Below, one piece after another: positions 21,425 to 30,469 of a DNA stretch of 64,000 nucleotides (its first letter is position 1; every line of letters begins with the position of its first letter). The notes beneath the pieces were generated by a model that saw only the letters and a list, made by a program, of their open reading frames with translations, was not told where the DNA came from and searched no databases. Both the position numbers and the translations under genes were made by a program. This DNA is from Bacteroidota bacterium (GTDB lineage Bacteria > Bacteroidota > Bacteroidia > 2-12-FULL-35-15), in the NCBI GenBank assembly GCA_947469885.1, contig CANIQT010000014.1:44305-108304 (forward strand), written 5' to 3'.

Positions 21425-23419
21425 TTATTTTTTATCGGAATTTTCAGCTGAAGCAATATTTTTTCCAGTACTGAACATTAAAGGAACATTGCTACCCGCA
21501 GGTGACACTCGCACATATCCTTGCATCTCCTGATGCAATGCACTGCAAAAATCCGTGCAATACATTGGTGAAATTCCAACTCTATCGGGAGTCCATTTAA
21601 GTGTTTGCGTTTCCCCTGGCATAATTAATAATTCTCCATTAGTTGCACCTTTGATTGCAAAACCATGAGGAACATCCCAATCCTGTTCAAGATTTGTAAC
21701 ATGAAAATAAACTTCATCACCAATTCTAATTCCTTCAATATTATCAGGAGTAAGGTGAGAACGAATAGCAGTCATATAAACATCTACTCTGTTTTTATCT
21801 CTAACCACCTTTGTTGTACCTTCTCCCATCGAAACATAAGGATTTTTGTTTTCATCAATTTTAAATATTTTAGTACAGTTGTTTTTAAGTAAATCCGCAG
21901 GGCAAATTTGAGCATAGTGAGGCTCTCCAATTGTTGGAAAATCTAAAATCATTTGCATTTTGTCACCACTGATATCAAACAATTGGGCACTTTGAGAAAG
22001 TTCAGGACCTGTAGGCAAATAACGGTCTTTGGTAATCTTATTATATGCAACCAAATATTTTCCGTTTGGAGTTTTTGTATCACCACCAGCAACACACAAA
22101 TGTCCAACAGAATAAAAAGTAGGAGCACGATCAACAACTTTTAAATCTTTGATATTCCATTTAACAACTTCAGATGAAACAAAAAAGGATGTATAAGCAT
22201 TTCCTTTATTATCAAATTCTGTATGAAGAGGTCCTAATCCTGGTTTTTTAACTTCACCGTATAATGCAGACTCATATTTAATTACTGGAATACCATCAAA
22301 ATCACCAGCATAATCCTTAGCAGCTATTGCTTTTTGTATTTTATCAAAGCTGAAAACTGGAATTATAGCAGCCAACTTACCACTACCAACAATATATTCT
22401 CCAGTAGGATTTACATCACAACCGTGAGGTGATTTAGGACAAGGAATAAAATAACACATGTCTTTCAACTCTTTCGAATCTAGAACAATAACTTCTGTCT
22501 TAATTTCTGATGTTGCTGAATGCGTTTTATCGCTATATGTATTATGAGCATATTTTGCGGCAACTTTTCTTCCTTTGCCTGCAGCGAGATATTCTTCTGC
22601 TTTTTTCCAATTCACAGCCATAATGAAATCTTTGTCTTTTTGCGAAGCATTTACTTCCAACAAAGTGTTAGCCTGTTCAGTATTATAACAGGAAAAGAAA
22701 AACCAACCATGAGAAACTCCCTTTCCAGCGCGACTTAAATCGAAGTTTACTCCCGGACATTGAATTTGAAAGGCAATATCCAATTTACCATCTTCTTTAC
22801 CAACACTAATAAAACTTAAATAACCTTTAAAGTTTTGTTTATAAGTATTAATTGGAACGTCACCATTTGCATCATCAGCAGGAACACTGAAACGGGTTCC
22901 AGCCACAACATATTCTGTGTTCTCTGTAATGAAAGGTGAAGAGTGATTTCCTGCACTGTTTGGCAACTCAATAATTTCTGCAGTTCGGAATGTTTTTAAA
23001 TCAATACGAGCAACACGTGGAGTATTGTTTGCATTACCAAATGCCCAACGACCATCATAATCTCCATTAGTCTTAGAAAGCTGAACGTGATGTAAATCAT
23101 CCCAAGGAACAAAACCATGAGAAGTATTTAACATTGGTTTAGTTTCTTCCGAAAAACCCCAGCCTTTTTCAGGGTCAACTGAAAACACAGGAATTACACG
23201 TAGCAAACGACCAGAAGGAAGACCGTAAGCGCTCATTTGTCCACTGAAGCCACCGCTGACAAAATTATAAAACTCATCATATTTGCCTGGTGCTACATAA
23301 GCTTTTGAAGCAGCATCACCACTTACTGCGTTACTTACACTTTTTGGTTTACAAGAATTGAACGAAAATGCCACTGCAATAGCAGTTAAACCAAGCATAC
23401 TAATTTTCAAATTTTTCAT
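21425..23419 (-). CDS. nosZ: Nitrous oxide reductase NosZ, clade II (Sec-dependent)
   Basis: 664 aa. CuA site CTDFCSALHQEM at the C-terminus and a beta-propeller N-domain. The Sec/lipoprotein-like signal (rather than Tat) is typical of clade II. Confidence 0.95.
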   Translation of the reverse strand: MKNLKISMLGLTAIAVAFSFNSCKPKSVSNAVSGDAASKAYVAPGKYDEFYNFVSGGFSGQMSAYGLPSGRLLRVIPVFSVDPEKGWGFSEETKPMLNTSHGFVPWDDLHHVQLSKTNGDYDGRWAFGNANNTPRVARIDLKTFRTAEIIELPNSAGNHSSPFITENTEYVVAGTRFSVPADDANGDVPINTYKQNFKGYLSFISVGKEDGKLDIAFQIQCPGVNFDLSRAGKGVSHGWFFFSCYNTEQANTLLEVNASQKDKDFIMAVNWKKAEEYLAAGKGRKVAAKYAHNTYSDKTHSATSEIKTEVIVLDSKELKDMCYFIPCPKSPHGCDVNPTGEYIVGSGKLAAIIPVFSFDKIQKAIAAKDYAGDFDGIPVIKYESALYGEVKKPGLGPLHTEFDNKGNAYTSFFVSSEVVKWNIKDLKVVDRAPTFYSVGHLCVAGGDTKTPNGKYLVAYNKITKDRYLPTGPELSQSAQLFDISGDKMQMILDFPTIGEPHYAQICPADLLKNNCTKIFKIDENKNPYVSMGEGTTKVVRDKNRVDVYMTAIRSHLTPDNIEGIRIGDEVYFHVTNLEQDWDVPHGFAIKGATNGELLIMPGETQTLKWTPDRVGISPMYCTDFCSALHQEMQGYVRVSPAGSNVPLMFSTGKNIASAENSDKK

Positions 23420-23455
23420 AACGTTTTTTTATTATTTAGTTTAGTTTATTATTTT

Positions 23456-23956
23456 TTATTTTACTCCATCATTTTTACGCATAAATTCTAATAATGCTCT
23501 AGCATCATCGTCAGTTAGACTCTGATTAGGCATCCTAACGAGACAAATTTCCAATTGAGCTTGAGCAGCAGGGTCTTTATTAATCATTTCATCTGTATTG
23601 GTAATAAAATTCATAATCCAAGCTGGCTGATGACGACTAGTAACACCTATCCAACCTGGACCAACTAATTTTTCTGTGGTTAATTTATGACAAGCAGAAC
23701 ATTTAACGTCAAATGTTTTACTTCCTGCATCAGCCATTGCCACATCTAATTTTTCACTCAGTGCAACGTCTTTAAACTTTCCTTCTCCTCTTTTAGGATC
23801 ATATTTTTCAACACCAACTGAGGAAGGAGATTCTGCACTTGAAGCAGATGAATTGGATGATGTTGCCGCTTGATTTCCTTCTGATGAGTCACCTCCACAG
23901 GCAACAATAAAAAGCCCAAATGAACTTAGAATACTTATTGCTAATAATTTTTTCAT
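23456..23956 (-). CDS. Lipoprotein c-type cytochrome of clade II nos clusters (electron donor to NosZ)
   Basis: 166 aa. Lipoprotein signal (LFIVACGG), a single CSACH heme c motif, first gene of the nos operon. Confidence 0.8.
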   Translation of the reverse strand: MKKLLAISILSSFGLFIVACGGDSSEGNQAATSSNSSASSAESPSSVGVEKYDPKRGEGKFKDVALSEKLDVAMADAGSKTFDVKCSACHKLTTEKLVGPGWIGVTSRHQPAWIMNFITNTDEMINKDPAAQAQLEICLVRMPNQSLTDDDARALLEFMRKNDGVK

Positions 23957-24024
23957 GGTTTATAGTTTAAGTTTATTTAATTTATTTACAGTGCAAAACT
24001 ACTCTGATTGCATAATTCAGATTT

Positions 24025-24038
24025 ATGATTACAATCAT
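24025..24038. promoter_or_regulatory. FNR/DNR-like box aTGATtacaATCAt upstream of the nos operon
   Basis: TGAT-N4-ATCA palindrome centred about 75 nt upstream of the cyt c start codon on the minus strand. Confidence 0.5.
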
Positions 24039-24157
24039 AAGAGGTTTATTTACCAAGATGATATTATTATATCAGAATTACAAAAGACCGCAAACCACAA
24101 CAAATTCAAGTATTTTGCAATATTTTTTATTCAAACAAAATAAAAAATAAATTTAAT

Positions 24158-24171
24158 ATGATATATATCAT
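24158..24171. promoter_or_regulatory. FNR/DNR-like box aTGATatatATCAt upstream of the Crp/Fnr regulator gene
   Basis: Perfect 14-bp palindrome TGAT-atat-ATCA centred 72 nt upstream of the regulator ATG. Confidence 0.5.
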
Positions 24172-24236
24172 ACTCAAAATCCGACAATTCTTTTTTTTAC
24201 ACTTTACCTTTGACCTAAATAATTTAGAACTTTATT

Positions 24237-24830
24237 ATGATAGATACAAATATATTATTAGCATGGGGTGCAACTTTTAAAAAATATTGCCAAGGAGACA
24301 TAATTTTTGAAGAAGGGGCAAGTTGCAATTTCTATTTTCAATTAATTGAAGGTAGAGTTAAATGGGTAAATTTTAATAGTGAAGGGAAAGAGTTTATTCA
24401 AACTATAATTGAACCTAATGAGAGTTTTGGAGAACTTCCCCTATTCGATGAAGGTCCTTATGCAGCTTGTGCTATCGCAGATGAAGATTGCTTGATAATG
24501 AGATTGAAAAAAGAAACTTTTACTCAATTAATATGTGAAAATTCTGATATAAATTTAAGTTTTACAAAGTTACTTGCAAAACGTCAACGATATGAATTTT
24601 TACTTTTAAAAACCATTGCGTTTGAAAATCCAGAAAAAAGGATTTCAACCTTACTCACACATTTTAAAAACAAACAAGTAAATACAAATCGCCAACTTTA
24701 CCAAGTAAATCTTACCCGACAACAAATCGCCAATATGACTGGTTTGAGAGTAGAAACAGTTATTCGAGAAATCCGAAATTTGAATTTAAAAGGTCGCCTG
24801 CAAATAATTCATGGAAAAGTTTTTGTTTAA
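24237..24830 (+). CDS. Crp/Fnr family transcriptional regulator (likely NO/denitrification regulator, NnrR/DNR-like)
   Basis: 197 aa. N-terminal cNMP-binding beta-roll (FGELPLFDEGPY) and C-terminal HTH (TRQQIANMTGLRVETVIREI). No FNR-type Cys cluster. Confidence 0.8.
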   Translation: MIDTNILLAWGATFKKYCQGDIIFEEGASCNFYFQLIEGRVKWVNFNSEGKEFIQTIIEPNESFGELPLFDEGPYAACAIADEDCLIMRLKKETFTQLICENSDINLSFTKLLAKRQRYEFLLLKTIAFENPEKRISTLLTHFKNKQVNTNRQLYQVNLTRQQIANMTGLRVETVIREIRNLNLKGRLQIIHGKVFV

Positions 24831-24832
24831 TT

Positions 24833-24846
24833 ATGACTACGGTCAT
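24833..24846. promoter_or_regulatory. FNR/DNR-like box aTGACtacgGTCAt upstream of the nnrS-norCB operon
   Basis: TGAC-N4-GTCA palindrome centred 51 nt upstream of the ATG at 24891, immediately after the regulator stop codon. Confidence 0.5.
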
Positions 24847-24890
24847 GTGTAGACATTATTTTTTTTTCGGTACTTTGCCAAAATATTTTT

Positions 24891-26126
24891 ATGGAACAAA
24901 CTTTACATAAATGGATTCGAATTGCTATTATTAATCTTAATATTATTGCGTTTATAGGAATCATTTTAAGATATAAAATTGCTTTCTCACTTCCGTTCAT
25001 TGATCAAAAACATTTATTACATGGTCATTCACATTTTGCTTTTGCAGGTTGGGTAACTCAAGCATTAATGATATTAATGGTTGCTTTCTTGTATTCTAAA
25101 GGGTTAAAAAATTCTTTCAAAAAGTACTTCTGGTTACTCCTTTTTAATTTACTAACTGCATACGGAATGTTGATTTCTTTTCCAATAGAGGGTTACGGAC
25201 TTTTCTCGATAACCTTTTCTACTCTTTCCATTTTCGTGTCTTACTTTTTTGCTGTGATTTTTTGGAAAGATTTGAATAGCCTAAAATCAACTTCTTCAAG
25301 CCATCTATGGTTCAAAGCCGCTATAATACTAAATTCAATTTCTTCTCTTGGAGCATTTGCATTGGCATTTATGATGGCTAAACATATTATACATCAAAAC
25401 TGGTATTTATCCTCTGTTTATTATTATCTGCATTTTCAATATAACGGATGGTTCTTTTTCGCTTGTATCGGCCTTCTTATTGATAAATTAGAATCTTATA
25501 AAATTTACAGTAAATTATACAAATTAATTTTCTGGCTTTTCTTTATCGCTTGTTTCCCTGCATATTTTTTGTCTACTTTATGGATGTCAATTCCAACTTG
25601 GACTTACATTATAGTTATACTTTCAGCAATAACGCAGGTTGTAGCCTGGTTTTTACTTATAAGAATAATGTATCATAATCTAGATACTTTGAATAGGGTT
25701 ACTACATTAGCATCAAAATGTTTGTTTTCTTTATCTGCGTTTGCACTATCTGTTAAGTTTCTTTTACAATTAGGTTCAACCTATCCTTCTTTAAGTACAT
25801 TAGCTTTTGGATTTCGTCCAATCGTAATTGGGTATTTGCATTTGGTCTTACTTGGTGCTATAACAATTTTTATTATTGGATATTTGGTAGCAAGAAATTT
25901 TGTTTCGATGAAGCGAAAATCCATTTTCGGTATGTGTATTTTTGTTTTTGGTATCATTTTTAATGAAATACTTTTGATGACTCAGGGTATTGCTGGTTTA
26001 AAATATGAAAGTGTTCCATTTACAAATGAATTACTTCTAATTGCGTCCATAATTATGTTTTCTGGAATATTGCTATTTGTTATAGGGCAGTACAAAAACA
26101 AATTACAATTACAAAATTCCGAATGA
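24891..26126 (+). CDS. Polytopic membrane protein, probable NnrS family (heme-copper NO-response protein)
   Basis: 411 aa, about 12 TM helices. The HGHSHFAFAG motif resembles the NnrS HxHExxFGF copper site. Translationally coupled (ATGA overlap) to norC. Confidence 0.45.
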   Translation: MEQTLHKWIRIAIINLNIIAFIGIILRYKIAFSLPFIDQKHLLHGHSHFAFAGWVTQALMILMVAFLYSKGLKNSFKKYFWLLLFNLLTAYGMLISFPIEGYGLFSITFSTLSIFVSYFFAVIFWKDLNSLKSTSSSHLWFKAAIILNSISSLGAFALAFMMAKHIIHQNWYLSSVYYYLHFQYNGWFFFACIGLLIDKLESYKIYSKLYKLIFWLFFIACFPAYFLSTLWMSIPTWTYIIVILSAITQVVAWFLLIRIMYHNLDTLNRVTTLASKCLFSLSAFALSVKFLLQLGSTYPSLSTLAFGFRPIVIGYLHLVLLGAITIFIIGYLVARNFVSMKRKSIFGMCIFVFGIIFNEILLMTQGIAGLKYESVPFTNELLLIASIIMFSGILLFVIGQYKNKLQLQNSE

Positions 26127-26536
26127 AACACTACTGGAAAATATATTTTTTTACTTTACTCCAAATTGGTTTCTTTATCTATTCATATATTTTATATTCT
26201 TCAAATTCCTTCCAATATCGAAACGACTACAAAAGTTCGTCTGCTCAACAAGGAGAGCTAGTTTGGCAAAAATACAATTGCCAGAGTTGCCATCAAATGT
26301 ACGGCCTAGGTGGGTATTTAGGACCTGACTTAACAAATGTAATTTCAGTAAAAGGGAAAAACAATAACTACATTCTAGCAATAATAAAATCAGGCTCCAT
26401 CCAAATGCCTTCGTTTAATTTAAGTGACGTTGAAAAAATAAATTTAATTGAATTCCTTAAATCAACTGATGCAAGTGGAAAGGCAGATCCAAGAAGTTTC
26501 GATTCACAATTCACAGGTATGATATCTAATAAATGA
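26123..26536 (+). CDS. norC: Nitric oxide reductase cytochrome c subunit NorC
   Basis: 137 aa. N-terminal membrane anchor and the GELVWQKYNCQSCHQMYGLGGYLGPDLTNV heme c region. The 4-bp overlap with the next ORF (heme-copper oxidase subunit I-like) indicates translational coupling. Confidence 0.75.
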   Translation: MKHYWKIYFFTLLQIGFFIYSYILYSSNSFQYRNDYKSSSAQQGELVWQKYNCQSCHQMYGLGGYLGPDLTNVISVKGKNNNYILAIIKSGSIQMPSFNLSDVEKINLIEFLKSTDASGKADPRSFDSQFTGMISNK

Positions 26537-27876
26537 AAACCACTAATGAATATAGTATTGGAGAATACTTTATAGCTGTTGCCCTTATAATGCTAATATT
26601 TGGATTAATTTTCGGTGTACTTGCTTCTGCTAATTATATCTTTCCAGCGTATTCCAAAAATTGGTTGGGTTTTGTCCAACTTCGCCCGCTACATGTTTCA
26701 AGCATTATGTTTTTTATTTTGATAGGCGCAAGTGGTTGTGTTTATAGTAGTTTTAATATCATCTCTCCATATAAAATAAATAATTCATTAGCAAAACTTC
26801 AATTAGGATGTTGGATCCTTTCGATCATTTTCATATTATTTTCTTATTTCAATTCCAAATTCGGAGGGAGAGAGTATTGGGAGTTCCCTCCTAAGTATGC
26901 TATTTTAATAGCGTTTACCTGGTTGTTATTTATTATTAATGTTATTCGAATTATTAGAGAAACAAAAGAAAAACCAGTTTATATTTGGATGTGGGCCACA
27001 GGAATTTTCTTTTTTATTCTCACATTTTCCGAAAATTATCTTTGGCAGTTTCCTTATTTCCGAGAACATTTTGTAAAAGATATGACAATTCAATGGAAGG
27101 CAAATGGCTCCCTTGTAGGTTCTTGGAATCAATTAATCTACGGTACATCCTTTTTTTTAATCGAGAAAATAAGTAAAAATAAATCATATGCTAAATCTAA
27201 TTTAGCGTTCGTTATGTATTTTCTTGGGTTGTTTAATCTGATGTTTAATTGGGGGCATCACATTTATACACTACCTACAGACAGCTACGTGCGTTATGTT
27301 AGTTATATAGTAAGTATGACAGAATGGATTTTCCTTGCACGAATAATTTATACCTTCAGAAAAAATTTAACCGAAGCACAAAAGTTATTTCATCATTTCC
27401 CTTATCGCTTTTTATTTGCTTCCGAAATATGGGTATTCTTAAATTTATCTCTTGCACTTGTTATGTCAGTACCTGCTTTTAATTTATATACACACGGAAC
27501 TCATGTTACTGTAGCACATGCTATGGGCACTACAATTGGGATAAATACGATGATATTGCTGGGAGCTTGTTTCGAGTTTTTAAAACCAGAAACCGATTTA
27601 TTATCTAATGGCTCAAAATTGCTAAAGTTCTTTTTCTGGAGCTTTCAAATAACACTTTTTGTTTTTTGGATAACTCTAATAATCATGGGAATTAAAAAAG
27701 GTTTATGGCAAATGGGAAATCAGTCTGATTCGTTCAACATGATGATGAGCACGCTACATGGAGAGTTTCAAGTATTTGTTGTTTCAGGGTTTATGCTCAT
27801 GATTTCATTAGTGGTAATAATTATTTCATTGCTTAATTCATTTTTTAGAAATCATTTTCAATTCAAAACAATATAA
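26533..27876 (+). CDS. norB: Nitric oxide reductase large subunit NorB (heme-copper oxidase family, cNOR type)
   Basis: 447 aa, 12 TM. Conserved His pairs (WGHHIYT; HGTHVTVAHAMGT) in helices expected for FeB/heme ligation. Confidence 0.75.
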   Translation: MKTTNEYSIGEYFIAVALIMLIFGLIFGVLASANYIFPAYSKNWLGFVQLRPLHVSSIMFFILIGASGCVYSSFNIISPYKINNSLAKLQLGCWILSIIFILFSYFNSKFGGREYWEFPPKYAILIAFTWLLFIINVIRIIRETKEKPVYIWMWATGIFFFILTFSENYLWQFPYFREHFVKDMTIQWKANGSLVGSWNQLIYGTSFFLIEKISKNKSYAKSNLAFVMYFLGLFNLMFNWGHHIYTLPTDSYVRYVSYIVSMTEWIFLARIIYTFRKNLTEAQKLFHHFPYRFLFASEIWVFLNLSLALVMSVPAFNLYTHGTHVTVAHAMGTTIGINTMILLGACFEFLKPETDLLSNGSKLLKFFFWSFQITLFVFWITLIIMGIKKGLWQMGNQSDSFNMMMSTLHGEFQVFVVSGFMLMISLVVIIISLLNSFFRNHFQFKTI

Positions 27877-27880
27877 TAAT

Positions 27881-29272
27881 ATGGAAAATTTTAAAACCAT
27901 TATTGAACCATTTAAAATAAAAATGGTCGAACCCATTCATCTCAGCACTGCCGAACAACGCAAAGAATATTTAAGAGAGGCGCACTACAACCCCTTTGCA
28001 TTGGATTCTGATAAAGTGATAATCGATTTTCTTACCGACAGCGGAACTTCTGCGATGAGTTCCAATCAATGGGCAGGAATGATGCAGGGTGACGAATCGT
28101 ATGCAGGAGCTAGTAGTTGGCATAAAATGAGGAACAGTATTTTTGATTTGACTGGACACGAATTCATATTGCCAACACATCAAGGCAGAGCTGCGGAGCG
28201 TATTTTGTATGGTTATCTCGGAGGGAAAGGAAAAACATTTATCAGCAATACACACTTTGATACCACACGTGCCAACATCGAATTTTCAGGTGCCGAAGCT
28301 ATTGATATACCTTGTGAAGAAATAAAGAACAATAAACATTTTTATCCATTTAAGGGAAATATGGATTTAATGAAATTGGAAAAACTAATTATAGAAAAAG
28401 GTCCCGAAAATATCGCAGCGGTAATTCTAACCGTTACTAACAATAGTGGTGGTGGGCAACCTGTAAGTATGGAAAATGCAAAATCCATTTCAATTATTTG
28501 TAAAAAATATAAGATAAATTATTTTCTCGATTGTTGCAGAGTTGCTGAAAATTCTTACTTCGTGAGGCACCGAGAAAAGGAATATGAACACAAAACCTAC
28601 CTAGAGATTGCACAGGAATTGTTTTCACTAACTGATGGTGCAATAATGAGTGCAAAAAAAGATGCCCTGGTTAACATGGGTGGATTTCTTTCTTTGAAAA
28701 ACAAAGAACTAGCTGATGCTTGTAAGAACTTACTGATTATCACAGAAGGATTTGCTACTTATGGTGGTCTTTCTGGACGTGACATGGAAGCAATAGCAAT
28801 TGGTTTGAAAGAGGTGTTCGAACCTGATTATTTACATTATCGCATAACAAGTACTACTTTTCTCGGTGATAAATTAAAAGCCATGGGAGTTCCATTAATT
28901 TATCCGATTGGCGGACATGCAGTATATATTGATGCGAAAGAGCTTTACAATCATATTCCAATTCATGAGTATCCAGGTCAGGCTTTGGTTTGTGAATTAT
29001 ATTTAACAGGAGGAATAAGAACTGTTGAAATTGGTTCGGTTATGTTTGGCAAATATGATGAAGACGGAAAATTAATCCCCGCCCCAATGGAATTAGTTCG
29101 TTTAGCAATTCCAAGAAGGGTGTATACTCAAAGCCACATAGAATATGTGATTGAAGTATTCGAAAAAATAATGCTGAATAGACATAAAGTAAGAGGACTA
29201 AAAATTACAGAAGAACCAAAGTTCTTAAGACATTTTACAGCTAAATTTGAAAATTTAACTGACATATTTTAA
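27881..29272 (+). CDS. tnaA: Tryptophanase / tyrosine phenol-lyase family beta-eliminating lyase (PLP-dependent)
   Basis: 463 aa. The N-terminus MENFKTIIEPFKIKMVEPI and the PLP-lysine region SAKKDALVNMGG are highly characteristic. It starts 5 bp after norB. Confidence 0.88.
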   Translation: MENFKTIIEPFKIKMVEPIHLSTAEQRKEYLREAHYNPFALDSDKVIIDFLTDSGTSAMSSNQWAGMMQGDESYAGASSWHKMRNSIFDLTGHEFILPTHQGRAAERILYGYLGGKGKTFISNTHFDTTRANIEFSGAEAIDIPCEEIKNNKHFYPFKGNMDLMKLEKLIIEKGPENIAAVILTVTNNSGGGQPVSMENAKSISIICKKYKINYFLDCCRVAENSYFVRHREKEYEHKTYLEIAQELFSLTDGAIMSAKKDALVNMGGFLSLKNKELADACKNLLIITEGFATYGGLSGRDMEAIAIGLKEVFEPDYLHYRITSTTFLGDKLKAMGVPLIYPIGGHAVYIDAKELYNHIPIHEYPGQALVCELYLTGGIRTVEIGSVMFGKYDEDGKLIPAPMELVRLAIPRRVYTQSHIEYVIEVFEKIMLNRHKVRGLKITEEPKFLRHFTAKFENLTDIF

Positions 29273-29295
29273 TAAATTTTGAAACCATAAATAAC

Positions 29296-30210
29296 ATGAA
29301 AAAACTACTATTTATAGCCGCAATCATTACTACAACCTCTGCCTTCAGTCAATGTGCCTGTTGCGCCGGATCTTTTACTGGAGCATCGAACGGAGATGCC
29401 AACAACGGTATTCTAACATTAAACGAAAAACAATTTGTCGTCGAAGCATATGCAGATTACAGAACTGTACAATCTGGGGAAGTAATTGAAGATGAGGAAA
29501 AGCTCTTACAAAGTATGTTTATTGGGTCCGTGGGGGCTCGATATGGAATAACCGATGAAATAACTATTTCTGGACTAATCCCTTATGTGCAGTTGCATAC
29601 CAGCAATGGAAATGATAAAGGGGTAGGCGATTTATCATTGCTCGGAACTTTTAGAATTCATAGTAAAAATAATTTCAGCATTGCTTTGCAAGAAGGCGTA
29701 GAGTTGCCCACCGGCATTCAAAAAAATTCTAATTTCGATAACACAACAGTCGTTATCGGCTCAGGTTCTTACGACCCCATCACAGGAATCATTATTTCCA
29801 AAAAGCTAAACAAATTTACTATTCGCCTAAATGTCCTTTATAAATTTACTACTCAGGGATTTCAACAAAATTATTACGGTAGTGTGGCTTCTCATAACGC
29901 TTCTGTTTTTTATAATCTCAAAACGGTGAACGCCTGCTATCCTACTGATAGTGTAGTAAACATACACTCCGATTTTGGATGCAATCTCTCACTCGGCTAT
30001 TATGGCGAATGGCTCGATAAAATTAAAGAAGATAATGTGGTGGATGAAAACTCGGGCTACTATGCAGCATTTGCAAACATAGGAACAATTCTTCTTTATA
30101 AAAAATGGAGTTTGCCTGTAACCATTTCTTTACCTATAATCTCACAAATGAACGGCTCCCAAAACAATCCGGGTTACAGATTGCGAATCGGAATAATTAA
30201 ATCTTTTTGA
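29296..30210 (+). CDS. Secreted hypothetical protein, probable outer-membrane beta-barrel (MetA/phenol-degradation-pathway-like transporter)
   Basis: 304 aa. Signal peptide, Cys-rich start (SQCACCAGS), alternating hydrophobic beta-strand pattern, C-terminal aromatic residue. Confidence 0.45.
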   Translation: MKKLLFIAAIITTTSAFSQCACCAGSFTGASNGDANNGILTLNEKQFVVEAYADYRTVQSGEVIEDEEKLLQSMFIGSVGARYGITDEITISGLIPYVQLHTSNGNDKGVGDLSLLGTFRIHSKNNFSIALQEGVELPTGIQKNSNFDNTTVVIGSGSYDPITGIIISKKLNKFTIRLNVLYKFTTQGFQQNYYGSVASHNASVFYNLKTVNACYPTDSVVNIHSDFGCNLSLGYYGEWLDKIKEDNVVDENSGYYAAFANIGTILLYKKWSLPVTISLPIISQMNGSQNNPGYRLRIGIIKSF

Positions 30211-30469
30211 GAAAAGAAAAAATACTAAAAATGTTACTTTACAGAAGCATTATTCAATGACAATTAATTTTCATTTAAACTCCTTTGAATTGGAAAAACA
30301 GAAGCACTTGAAGTTAAATAATATGATTTTAATCACATTTATTTTGTACAAAACGAATCACTGTTCATAAAACTTACTGAATGTTTACAACTGTAAATTT
30401 TTGCAGTATCTTCTCTTTATAACTTGCACTCAAAATTTATTCTTCATCTTACAATTAAAAAAAATCAGT

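Noticed and set aside
30211-30469. Cobalamin riboswitch upstream of B12-dependent nrdJ
   Set aside because: No GC-rich B12-box-like sequence or multi-stem structure is visible. The region is AT-rich promoter-like DNA.
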